Positions 40,301-51,525 of a DNA stretch of 64,000 bases are shown here, in pieces (within the stretch, counting starts at the first letter, position 1; the number at the start of each line of letters is the position of its first letter). Position numbers and translations under genes: made by a program. The notes beneath the pieces were generated by a model. That model had not been told where the DNA came from, searched no databases, and saw nothing but the letters and a program-made list of their open reading frames with translations. Location: contig NC_092349.1 of NCBI RefSeq assembly GCF_963676685.1, positions 31,558,001 to 31,622,000 of the forward strand. Reading direction: 5' to 3'. The DNA comes from Mytilus edulis (taxonomy: Eukaryota).

Positions 40301-40415
40301 TTTGAGTTGTATATTCAACAAGGAAGAAGAAACTTACATAGCCTTACTTCTTTGTATTTTTTCAGTACAGCTTATTTAAACAGTTTGATATTTTTCAGGT
40401 TGTTGTGATAAATAG
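34398..40415 (+). CDS. Predicted secreted cysteine-rich WAP-variant peptide, 77 aa; exons 34398-34488, 38072-38197, 40399-40415
   Basis: Signal-peptide-like exon MNACKIIAVLILYSIQQSQSA ending in a phase-1 donor. Symmetric phase-1 exon with branch point CTGAC, ttttcag acceptor and gtaagt donor, encoding CPPPGIGLCVEL..CPTGQLLCFNGCGHTC. Last exon GCCDK* followed by AATAAA. Confidence 0.65.
37508..37574 (+). other. Diverged duplicate of exon 1 of the WAP-variant gene (alternative or decayed first exon)
   Basis: ttttgtcaagATG.gcgcatgcaaa...tattcaat.caacaat is shared with 34388-34450; phase-1 gtatgg donor. Confidence 0.5.
38237..39434 (+). mobile_element. Degenerate Tc1/mariner transposon in an intron
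   Basis: TIRs tactgagtgccaatgaaaacgc.acactt with TA flanks. Remnant GSFNDKPHPG...QDRYI and a decayed WP..SPD..PI-like segment near 39000-39050. Confidence 0.8.
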
Positions 40416-40839
40416 TGTGATGATGGATCTGAAGAATAAATTGAAGAAATATAAAATACGGCTACAGACTTCAGAGATTAAAAAATAATAAATTGATTAT
40501 CAATTTCTTCCTTTTGATTCTTATTTGATATTTCCATTTACACACACATTTACCATATACATTGTTTCGATTTTCTAGTTTGAAACATATTGAATCAGGA
40601 GTATCTTGTATCAGTTCAAGATCTGTTTTTCACTAATATACAAAATAGTTGTATAAACAAATGAACCTTGTCAACAACTAATTTTTCAAAATGTTTCAGT
40701 GTTTTGATACAAAAAATTAAATGCAACCAGGGCTAATTCATGATTACTTATATTTGATAATTCCTGCATGATCACCCTAAATTTGATGACCTTTCCACGT
40801 TAAATAATAAAGGAAAATAAAAGACAGACGATAGGTAAA

Positions 40840-41165
40840 TTTATATACAATATTAGGTCAATGTCAGGAAAATATAAACTTTTGGTATGAGGTTGAGAAA
40901 CTGGTGAAGGTCGAGGTTGCGCCGAGTACATTTTTTTTTATATTTTTATGACATTGACCTAATATTGTTTTTATACTGCAACTTAAATTAATTAAATAAT
41001 AGCTTTTTTAATCGCACACTTAATCGTAACACAAATGTCAAACTTATTTTCCTCCCTTAATGAAACTCTGATATTGTAGAAAGGGTTCCATGATGAAATT
41101 GAAATTATACAAAAAATAGCTATGTTACTATATTTAGGAAATAAACACAACTAGTTGCAGTAAAA
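40840..41165. repeat. Fold-back element with nested inverted repeats
   Basis: acaatattaggtcaatgtca / tgacattgacctaatattgt, and tactgcaact / agttgcagta. Confidence 0.55.
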
Positions 41166-44100
41166 AAGCAATTATAAGTCACTGTACGGCCTTATCGTAC
41201 AGTCGACTATGTTCAGTTGTCTACAAAGCATAGCTCAATTGTATTCGGTTTATAGAGTAATCATAAGGTATTAATGATCTTCATATACAATTTGCTTAAA
41301 CTTATTTTTTTATAAAATTTAAATATCCTTGAGAATATTATATGTATTATTTACCAAATATCTGATTGACAGGTTCAGATCAATTCCGAGTTCAATCAAT
41401 TCGACTCCATTTCACCTTTATTTGATTTGCATAGTTCAGCGGTTAAAACAATTTCGGTTTATAAGGAAAGCACTGTATGTAATATGCCAAAAAAATTGAG
41501 AATGGAAATGGGAAATGTGTCAAAGAAACAACTCAACAGAAGAGCAAAACAAAACGCCAAAGGCCAGCAATTGATCTTCAACACAGCGAGAAAATCTAGT
41601 AGACGTAGGTTGGCTACAGCTTCAAGTAGTTTTGGTTCCGTCTGATATGTTTAACATTACTTTAGTGAGTTGTTCCAGTAGTGATTATCGTCTTGTTTCT
41701 CCTATGCTGGCACTATATAATGTTAGATGTAATTTACATCAACGATCACACAATGACATATAAACATTTGACTCTTGTCTTGTCTTACCATATGTCATCA
41801 CCAAAAACAAGGAGAATTTCTTATACGCTAAATGCAAGACATCAAATATCTTTGACTAAAATAATCATTGTTTGGCGTTCATGTTTGTTTGTCAATATTT
41901 TTTTCTATCAGTGGTCATTGCTGATTTGTAATCAAAACCCGTTTATCAAGATCTTGTATAAAAGTAGCTGATGTGAACTATTTTTAACAAATTATTCCGT
42001 CATAATCCAATACCCTTCGTTTACTTGTTCATACTGATTCGTTGCTGGTTGAGCTTGACTTTTTAGTTGACCTCTTTTTCACACTGATATGTTATAGTTG
42101 ATCGCTTGTGCTTTCAATAACAATTCAATTTGATATGATTGACACATCTGTTGCACATAAAGATTTTTAAATATACCATATCAATATTTAAGGAGATTAA
42201 GTAAGATCAATCAGCACGTTTGATTATCAACAAAGTTATATTAACATAGATGTTTTATCATTCAAGTCTTCTTTACATTTTCATTTAATATAATTTACAC
42301 ATCTGTTGCACATCTCCTGTTAATAATAGAACGTACTACACCAACATATATACACATGTACAATTGTGGCATGCATAGGGTTCATCTGCCTGTTTGAATA
42401 TTAAGGAAAGTTAATGAATAATGTCATGCAACAATTTTGATTTTTTTGTTAATCGAAGAAGTAGGATGATGTACATCAATGAACGAAATACTCAAAACCA
42501 AAAAATAAATTACCAGACCTTAATAAGCTAACCTGTAACCTCTAACAAAATACAATAACAGTCTAAGAAATATGTCAAGCTCTTTATCGCCTAGAGTTTA
42601 TGTGAATAAAAGCAACTTTAATTTCCTAAAAAGACAAAAGAACGTTGAGACAATACATAAAGCAATTACTAACTTGGTTCACATGACCTGATTCACACAC
42701 GTGCATATGTTACAGGGTTAAACTAAACGGAAACTCAACCATAATCTCTAAATATCTTAAATAATTATCAATGGTACCAAGCTTATAAATTAATACGCCA
42801 AAAGCGCGTTTCGTCTACATAAGACTTTTCAGCGACGCTTAGATAAAAATAGCTAGAAAGCCAAATAGACAAAGTTGAATAGCATTGATGACCAAAAATT
42901 TAAAAAAAATGTGCCAAAATAAACAGTCTTCGTTACAAAAGAGGAGCTAAATATCCCAACGTAATAATCAAACACTTCAGTCAAAGTGACAATCCCTTAA
43001 TAAAACACGAGCAAACCGTCAAAAAGTCAAAAACAGTTTACAATATACACAGCAAAGAACAAAATAAAGATTGAGCAACACAAACCAACCAAAAACCGGA
43101 ATCGATCTTAGGTACTCCGGAAAGGTTAGCAGATCCTGTTTAACATGCTACACCTTTGACAAAACAAGAATCTCTTCATTGGCTGTCTTTAGTTATATCT
43201 GAATGTTATTTTGCTTTCAGACGATTTTTACGTTGATACATGTAGGTAGACTAGATCCTTGATAGTCTCGGTTAAACAAATTTGTGCAAGTTTTATTATA
43301 AAAAGTGATAATGAATGCCGCTTAATTGATATGACAAAGAGGTTTTGGCAAGTTTATTATAGCTCTTTGGATGAATTCTTTTGATTATATAGGATGAAAT
43401 TTTTAATACATGAGTACGGTACAATAGATCTACTAGGTCAAGCCATAATTAGGTAATTGATATAGCTCGAGTGCTACTCATATACCTTATCAACTAATTT
43501 GTTTTAGCGTTATAATGATCCCAAAGAGTACATAAAAAGAATCAGATAATGATTGACAAAAAATAGTTATCGCAAATTTAATTTATTGCTAAAGTTGAAT
43601 TATATGGATGATCTTCCAGAAACTGGAAGATTGCAAAACAAAGAAAGAAAAAACAAAAATTCTGCATTTTGTAATGTAGATGGCATTGGTGATGAATACC
43701 ATTACATGTTTTATTGTTTAGCTTTTGATAACTGCATGATAAACAATGTATTGCATTTTATATTAGGAAAAGACCTAACACGTCGAAGTTTGATGAGTTA
43801 ATGAATCTAAAGCATTTACAGAACTGAATAAACATATTAAGGAGATCAATAACAAATGGAACTTTTCAGGATGACCAATAGTAAATGCCCGTTTTTAATT
43901 TCGTACTTAATTTTTTTAATCATATATATACCTTAAAGTTTATAATTTGGTTTGAGAGAAAACAGATATATTGTGTGTTTTGGCTTCCGTCGGTCCCGCT
44001 ACACACATTAAAATATGATTAACTAGGTTGTATCTCTAATTCTTAAAGTGTTTCTTTTCCTTTAAAAACTGTATTATAAAGATAATCTTCCTCTGGCGTC

Positions 44101-44521
44101 CGTCTGTCCCCGATATACACACCGAAATTGGTTGTATCGCTAACGTCTAATGTAGTTCTTCTCTTCCGCAATAAATTAATCATCATGCCTCTGTGTCCTA
44201 TATAGGTATCATTCATAATCGCAATTGTCATCCATTCTTATTATTATTCAGTTTGTGTTCAATTGGGAGAAAAACGAAAAAAGGTATTTTTTCCGTCATC
44301 AGACCGACTTTTAAGTCATGGACAAGACTTCTGGGTTTTAAACTTTTAAACATAATTTTCATAATTACTCGGGAATAGGACAATTATTTTCGCGTTATTC
44401 TGCATGTATGCAAACTCTCTATATAATAAAGCAGTGATCGCCGTGGAGAAGAAACTTTGAATTGATAGTTCATAGCAAATACACTTTATTTATAATATAC
44501 GTATGTTATTAGTATCATGAG

Positions 44522-45095
44522 TGTAAAGATTGTTGCCAATCTTTAATTTAAAACAATATCTTTGGTTTCTGGATATTAAATAATGACTAAACAACTTTTA
44601 AAAGTATCAGAGATTATTATTATCAATAATAATAAATACAGGTAAATGAAATACAATATGTTAAAACGTTTGAATGTGTTTTTCGTGTATGCGTTATTAC
44701 CTCTTGTATTCTTTCAAGCTTGGTTCAAATGCGTTTCGTTATCAGAAAAATCCGGTTTTTATAATACTTAGCACGCCTTATCCTTGCGTGTAAGAATATA
44801 GTCCGTTGCCGGTCAAGGTTAAATCATGTAAATAACTGTCAGTACGTACATACATATGAATTATAAAGAAAGCAAGCATAATTTCGTACGTCTCGACACC
44901 GATTCAACGATATAAAGCATGTAAATACAAGTAACTAAAAAAATGTAGGATTCATAACAAGCTAGAAAACAAAGATGTTATTCGAACGCCACATGTTGGC
45001 GGAATTTCGTAACGTTAAATCGGCAACTGTCAAATTTGCCGGGAACGTGTTACGTTTACAAAAAGGTACTGCCGCGATATTTAACGTTCACAACA
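44522..45095 (-). repeat. 3' LTR
   Basis: Direct repeat of 49386-49702 + 51268-51525 with only about 4-5 differences seen by eye. Confidence 0.92.
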
Positions 45096-45355
45096 CTGCC
45101 CTCCGTCAAAATAGAATTTCGTCTCGAAATTTAAACAACTACGAAATATTAAATCAATTTATACAATCAAACAAAGTCAAGTTAAACAAGCACCTGCTGC
45201 TGAATATTAAAATTAAGAAAATTTGGTTTTTTTTTCTAAATCACGAATAACCTTATATCACGATTCATGACACGTGTAATGGTAAAATTGTACCAACGGC
45301 ATACAAAACAATATACATATAAATAATGTCAACAAATTTCTGAATTTGTGTCTTT

Positions 45356-46501
45356 TCAGTATAATAAATCTTGTAATGTATCTTGTGTTCTTTCTCCTTC
45401 TGTATCCTCTACTGCTCTTTTCTTCCTTTTTCTCCAATCTTTTCGTGTGTCTTGAGTTACATGTTTTTCATTCTCAAGTTCTTTCTGAGTTTGGTTTAAA
45501 TCTGTGTTACGGAACCTATCTTTCAGTTGACTATTTTTTTCCTTCTGACAGAACTGGTTTCCGTCTTCTTCTGTAACAGGAACATTTTCATCTGTAACAC
45601 TTAAATTATCTTCTGTAACATGTTGCAAAAGTTCAGGCAACATTTGGACATCGACCTTGTCCGTCTGATTACCCTTATAACTTGCACTTGTAATATTTCC
45701 TATATATTCACACATGTCTTGCGTACTTGCTACCATGGGTTCTCTGTCATCTGCCATTACCGGCTCTTCTATTGAATCTCTGGTTGACAGGAACTCACTT
45801 CTTTCCGCTTCTTTGTAAATGACTAGCCCAGAATTGGTGTCCTTTTCTCCGACTCTGGCTACTTTCATTTCATCAATTAGGTCACATCCTAATAACATGT
45901 TCTCTTCAATGGGCGCTACATGAACTGGCCATTTGAATGTTTCACTCCTCAGATTAACTTTCACCTCTGTAATCCCTTCTGTTGTCAAGTTCTTTCCGGC
46001 CTCAGCAACTTCTAATTTTCTTGCTGCTCTCCTTAGTTTTGGCCGTTTACTTTCAGGAATCTGATCATACAACTTCTCACTTAGAACAGTCACCTCCGCT
46101 CCAGTGTCAATAACTGTATTCATCACAATCTTGTTAATGACCACTGGAACTGCAATGCTAGCTGCTGTCACCCGATCAATGATAACATTCTCTTCTATCC
46201 TGCTGGTCGTTTCTGCACTACCCATTACCTCCTTTGGTGTGTTCTCTGGTGTGTTCTGTTGTATCTCCTTACACTCCTCAAACAACATCTCTAGGCTTAA
46301 ATCTAGGTCCTGTATATCTAGGCTATCTTCTTCAAATGATCTCTTTATAGAAACTGTACCCACTGATGTTTTCGGTTCAACCAAATGCTCTTTCATTTGA
46401 CAAGGTTTCTCTTCATCTTTTAAATTATTCTCTTTAACTATTTCTTTATTATGTTTAGGGGCTGACACTTGGTCGATAGTCTCAACCCTTAGCAGTTTAA
46501 A
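45356..46501 (-). CDS. Retropepsin-like aspartic protease ORF (-1 frame to gag) fused to a low-complexity acidic tail
   Basis: VIDTGAEVTVLS and MLLGCDLI motifs; the frame is open back to the TTTAAAC slippery site. Confidence 0.8.
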   Translation of the reverse strand, partial: FKLLRVETIDQVSAPKHNKEIVKENNLKDEEKPCQMKEHLVEPKTSVGTVSIKRSFEEDSLDIQDLDLSLEMLFEECKEIQQNTPENTPKEVMGSAETTSRIEENVIIDRVTAASIAVPVVINKIVMNTVIDTGAEVTVLSEKLYDQIPESKRPKLRRAARKLEVAEAGKNLTTEGITEVKVNLRSETFKWPVHVAPIEENMLLGCDLIDEMKVARVGEKDTNSGLVIYKEAERSEFLSTRDSIEEPVMADDREPMVASTQDMCEYIGNITSASYKGNQTDKVDVQMLPELLQHVTEDNLSVTDENVPVTEEDGNQFCQKEKNSQLKDRFRNTDLNQTQKELENEKHVTQDTRKDWRKRKKRAVEDTEGERTQDTLQDLLY

Positions 46502-48284
46502 GACTCTTCAGTTTGGTTTTGACTCCTTTCATCATTCCTTATAAAACCACTTCTGTTTTCTTTATGATAGGGGCTTCTCTTTTCTTTTGGACAATCTCTT
46601 ATGTAATGGCCATCCTCATTACAGTTAAAACATCTGCGATTCTTCATCTTGGTCGTATGGTCTCTATACACTTGCTTATTATGCCATGCACTACTGTCAT
46701 AATCTTGTGGTGCATTATACTTTGCCATTTCTGTTTGAATAACTTTCTCTAGTGACTGGGCGATGGACTGGGTGATGGAGTTTTTCATCCCTCTTTCAAA
46801 TTGTGTAAGCCTCTCCTCAGTTACATATCTTTTCCCACCAACTTTCCTTATTTCAATATCATCTTCACCTTCATCTAAATCAACAGTTTCTTGCATATTC
46901 AGCTGACGGATCTTTTATATGTTTCATATAAAGTCACCTGGTGGATAGCTTCAGTCATACTGGTAATCCTCTTTGTCAGTAATTCTATAGCAATGCTCTG
47001 GTCGGACAATCCTCTCAACATGTACTCCACACTCAATGTACTGTGAGTGGCTACGTCAATAGTAGGAAATGACCGTCTGACTAGCATTTCTACTCTGGAA
47101 GCATATTCATGGATGTTTTCTTTGCCCTGTTTCCTTAATGTGTGCAATTCTTGTCTATATGTCTCTGGATAACCATGGTCACCAAATATATTCGACATAG
47201 CTGCAAATAGCCCAAAGAAAGATCTTTTGGTCTCTGGTGAGAGGTAGGAAGCATAAACCATTGCCTCATCTTTCAGTGCGGTTACTAATTCAATGGCTTT
47301 AGTATAAGAATCCCATCTGTTGATCTCTGCAATAAGTTCAAATTACATAAAATAGGCATTCCAGGGATCTCTGCCGTTGTAAAATGGCACTCTGTTTCTT
47401 CTCCCATTGTCTATATTGGAGTTTTCATAATTATGGTGCTGTTGCTGTGGTCTGCCATACTGTTGCCTAGGTAACCAGTTTGGTACTGAGGAATTGTTTG
47501 GATACTGCTGGTAGTCTGGACGTTGCTGGATTTCAGGCATGACTGTACTCGTACAAGAATAGTTTGGACGATGCTGGATCTCAGGTATTGTCGTATTTGC
47601 ATAGACATATGATGGTTATTGCTGGGTCTCTGACAATGTTGTATCCATGTATGTGTGTGTAGAACGTTGCAGGGTGTCTGGCAATGTTGTGTTATTATAG
47701 GAGTAGGTTGGACGTTGCTGGGTCTCTGGCAATGTTATACTATTGCAGGAGTTTGTGGAACGTTGCTGGGTCTCTGACAATCTTATATTATGACAGGAGT
47801 TTGTTGAACGTTGCTGGGTTTCATAACTATTTTGACTGCTGATAACAGGGTCAGATTTCATCTGAGGGAAATATTGAGCATTGTTTTTCATCTGAAGGTT
47901 TTCATTTCTTAATGCCTCTATTTCTTGTCTCATCTGTATTTTTTCATCACTCTCACATGATTTGTCTTTTGTTATAGTCGCTCTTGCACTATCACTCTTA
48001 CTTTGAGTTGGGAAAAGAAATGGGTTTGTGCTTACTTCTCTTTGAATATTATTCGCAGTTCTACTAAATGGCATGGGGCTTGTATTTATCTCCTTCTGGT
48101 TTAAACTAATAGCCTGGTTTGAGGCTAAATAATTATGAGAAGTGACATCACCAAATGAGCAGGTATCAATATTTATAGATGCAACAGACCAAGTGGGAAT
48201 GATTGGACTAGCTAATGTGGTAATTCCCCTACTTAGTGAATTGGACCCCTGTGGTATACGAGATCTGTCTCTTGAATTATACAT
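46489..48284 (-). pseudogene. gag: gag, with 20-aa N-terminal repeats, capsid-like region and CCHC zinc knuckle
   Basis: ORF pieces 47616-48284, 47343-47540 and 46899-47261 are one frame broken by TAA stops. Frameshift near 46900-46915; CFNCNEDGHYIRDC. Confidence 0.8.
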
Positions 48285-48329
48285 TTTACTTTTAATTGCT
48301 AAATGGAATCAAGAGTTTCAATTTACTAA

Positions 48330-49139
48330 TCAACTTGGATTAAACTTTATCCTTGTTAATCTTGTACTTTTTCAGAATTATTCAACTTAGATTACTTTTT
48401 ATCCTTGTTGAAATCCGAAAAGAATTTCCTATGTCTTACTTATTTGTGAAATAGACTATATAAATAACAAATTTGAAAATAGACTATAAATTTTTCAACT
48501 TTGACCTTATCCAAATATTATTATATCTACAACTTAGATTTATATTTATCCTTGTTGTACAAAAGAAACTTTTGAAATAGACTTTAATTTACAACTTTGA
48601 AATAGACTATAGTTTTTACAACTGGACCCTATTGAAAAATTATGGTCTAATACTTAACTTGGATTCAGATTTATCCTTGTTAAAAATAGACTCCTAAATT
48701 TAAACTCAACTTGGATTAAAATGTATCCTGGTTGAATATGGCATTTACTTTAATATATTTAAACTTTCAACTTAGATTAAAATTTATCTCTGTTGAATTG
48801 TACCCTTAACTATTTTCAACTTGGATTTATATTTATCCTTGTTGATATATATTCTAACTAACTATATTATCACTTTTCAACTTGGATTAGAATTTATCCT
48901 TGTTGAATTTTAAATTATAACCTTTTCAACTTGGATTAGATTTTATCCTTGTTGATATAGATTCTGACTAACTAATATAGTTTTCCTTTTCAGCTTGGAT
49001 TTGAATTTATCCTTGTTGATATAGAATTTAACTAACTATATAATTACTTTTCAACTTGGATTAAAATTTATCCTTGATGATATCTCTGAAATTCAATAAC
49101 TATTTTATTTCAACTTGGATTAGAATTTATCCTTGTTGA
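48330..49139 (-). repeat. Array of ~12 conserved 30-nt hairpin repeats with variable spacers in the retroelement leader
   Basis: + strand consensus TCAAC-TT-GGAT-N8-ATCC-TT-GTTGA at ~48330, 48382, 48529, 48654, 48706, 48767, 48816, 48877, 48926, 48990, 49051, 49110. Confidence 0.9.
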
Positions 49140-49373
49140 ATTTAAAATTACTTAAATATATACTCTAATCTAATTTATATTCACCAACTGTACTATCTAT
49201 TTCTTTCAGCTTTCGTTGAAGTGTCTTTTTTTTATGTTCAGTTTTTTTTTTTTTTTATATGTAACCAAATATCATAACATATGGACAGAAATAATGTATG
49301 TACTTAGCAGTTGCGTGCCTAATAAAATATTCACGTAAGTTCTTAAAATTTTCTTAAAAAAGAAAACTAAATT

Positions 49374-49384
49374 CGCTGCCACCA
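49374..49384 (-). promoter_or_regulatory. Primer-binding site TGGTGGCAGCG (tRNA-Leu-like 3' end)
   Basis: Starts 1 nt inside the 5' LTR boundary; complementary to ..CGCUGCCACCA. Confidence 0.75.
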
Positions 49385-49385
49385 G

Positions 49386-51525
49386 TGTAAAGATTGTTGC
49401 CAATCTTTAATTTAAAACAATATCTTTGGTTTCTGGATATTAAATAATGACTAAACAACTTTTAAAAGTATCAGAGATTATTATTATCAATAATAATAAA
49501 TACAGGTAAATGAAATACAATATGTTAAAACGTTTGAATGTGTTTTTCGTGTATGCGTTATTACCTCTTGTATTCTTTCAAGCTTGGTTCAAATTCGTTT
49601 CGTTATCAGAAAAATCCGGTTTTTATAATACTTAGCACGCCTTATCCTTGCGTGTAAGAATATAGTCCGTTGCCGGTCAAGGTTAAATCATGTAAATAAC
49701 TGCAAGGCCGTAGCTACCCTTGAGGCAAGTGAGGCAAATGCCTCACTAAAATTTCGACACTGATTATTTTTTTTTATCAATATAATAGTCATTTGTTGTT
49801 CTGTCTCAACCTTAATTTCTATATAACTTGTCATCATTCCTTTTAAACTATTCTTCCTGGATATAACTCAGCATCTCAGCGGGTGATGTTTCTCGATAAC
49901 ATTAACCTAGTAATGATAATCATCATGGATCTCTAGTTAAAAACAGGCTCTTGCAGAAATGGAAAAGCGACACTGAAGGTAAAGAAGGAATAATTCTAGT
50001 AAACTAGTTTTTTTGTGAACAGAGTCTGAGTATTGCATATAACTTCATTAGAACAATCCAAAAACGATAAGTAGACTGACAAATCCAGTACTGGTCTTGG
50101 GAGGGGGAAGTCCTGTCTGCGTATGGATTTCTCCGTTTAACCAACTTTTGACAAATCAAGTCATCGCAAGGGGGCAGTCCTGTCTGCGTATTCATTTCAC
50201 GAACTTTCTTTTCAGATAAATACAATATAAATAATATGAAACATGCATGGATTAGTTTCTATCCATGTTTCTTTAACCTTAAAAATTGAAAGAATATCCC
50301 ATATTCCAATTTGATATTATTGAGGAATGGTAGAACCTTTAACACAGGATTTTGTCTTTACTTATTCAGGCGGGACTACGGAATTTCGTTTCTTTATATT
50401 CGGGGTTTCGGAATCGGACACCCCATACCCCTAACCCCTAAATTTATAGATTCTGGAACTAAAATACCACCAACTATTTCCAGAAATAATTTGAAATTAT
50501 GGACCTACATGTAAACGTCAAAAACTCCATTCCAATTTCCCTGTACCCATATCATATATACTCTATAGATAGAATCCTATACATGTATCTTATCTCATTC
50601 TATCCCTAGTTTGTCTACTCTTTGTCAGCATAAAAGCGAGTTTAATATTTTGTAACTGCAACTGTATGATGGTGCTTAGAGCAAAACTTAATTCCCTTTT
50701 GCAAACAAAACTGTTACTACCGATGCTACTACCAAATTGCCTATGGAGAAGGAATTGGAAGAAGACATTGATCATTGTGTTGATGATAATGTGCTTCCTT
50801 TAGAAACACAGACTGCCCTGAAACGACTGAAAACTTGGAAAAGAGCATGCATGAGTGGCGAGAGATTGTGCGGGCTTGCCATGTTCATCGCGATAAGGAT
50901 ATCAGCAGACCAAATTATGATTCTGAAACGATTTGACTGAACCGGCCATAGAAAAATTTGGCAAACTCTACTGAATCGATGTTTGTTCTATGCTATGGCA
51001 GCAGACTCAAATCAGTGACATTTGGATGATTATCTTACATATATAAATTTAAATAAAGTTGTTAAAAATTTGGTGTTAGTAAAAGTCTTAAAATAAAAAA
51101 AAAAATTATATAAAAAGTGTCCAAATTCAAAACATTATCAAAATGCCTAGAATGCAGGATTTTGCACCATTCATTTCATACCCTCCCAAAAATATTTTCG
51201 CCTCGCTTCGCTCGGCTCAATCATTTTGCCTCACCAAAATAAGATGCCTGCCTACGGCCTTGAACTGTCAGTACGTACATACATATGACTTATAAAGAAA
51301 GCAAGCATAATTTCGTACGTCTCGACACCGATTCAACGATATAAAGCATGTAAATACAAGTAACTAAAGAAATGTAGGATTCATAACAAGCTAGAAAACA
51401 AAGATGTTATTCGAACGCCACATGTTGGCGGAATTTCGTAACGTTAAATCGGCAACTGTCAAATTTGCCGGGAACGACGTTACGTTTACAAAAAGGTACT
51501 GCCGCGATATTTAACGTTCACAACA
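49386..51525 (-). repeat. 5' LTR, interrupted by a 1560-bp DNA transposon
   Basis: Matches the 3' LTR on both sides of the insertion. Confidence 0.9.
49703..51262 (+). mobile_element. Non-autonomous hAT-superfamily element with a 5-bp TSD (hAT5-like)
   Basis: TIR CAAGGCCGTAG plus subterminal GTGAGGCAAA; TSD AACTG (49698-49702, 51263-51267). Remnant ALKRLKTWKRACMSGERLCGLAM resembles the hAT dimerisation domain. Confidence 0.85.

Larger units (their letters stand above)
44522..51525 (-). mobile_element. Non-autonomous Gypsy/Ty3-like LTR retrotransposon (gag + protease, pol core deleted)
   Basis: Two near-identical ~574-bp LTRs with TG..CA ends, TSD atga(g)/atga(t), PBS, polypurine tract gacggagggcag, CCHC knuckle and DTGA protease. 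No RT, RH or IN motifs. Confidence 0.92.

Noticed and set aside
48330-49139. True CRISPR array
   Set aside because: Eukaryotic context inside an LTR element and no cas genes. Spacers are of uneven length and partly related to one another (tata.att.taactaacta). Kept as a structured repeat array instead.
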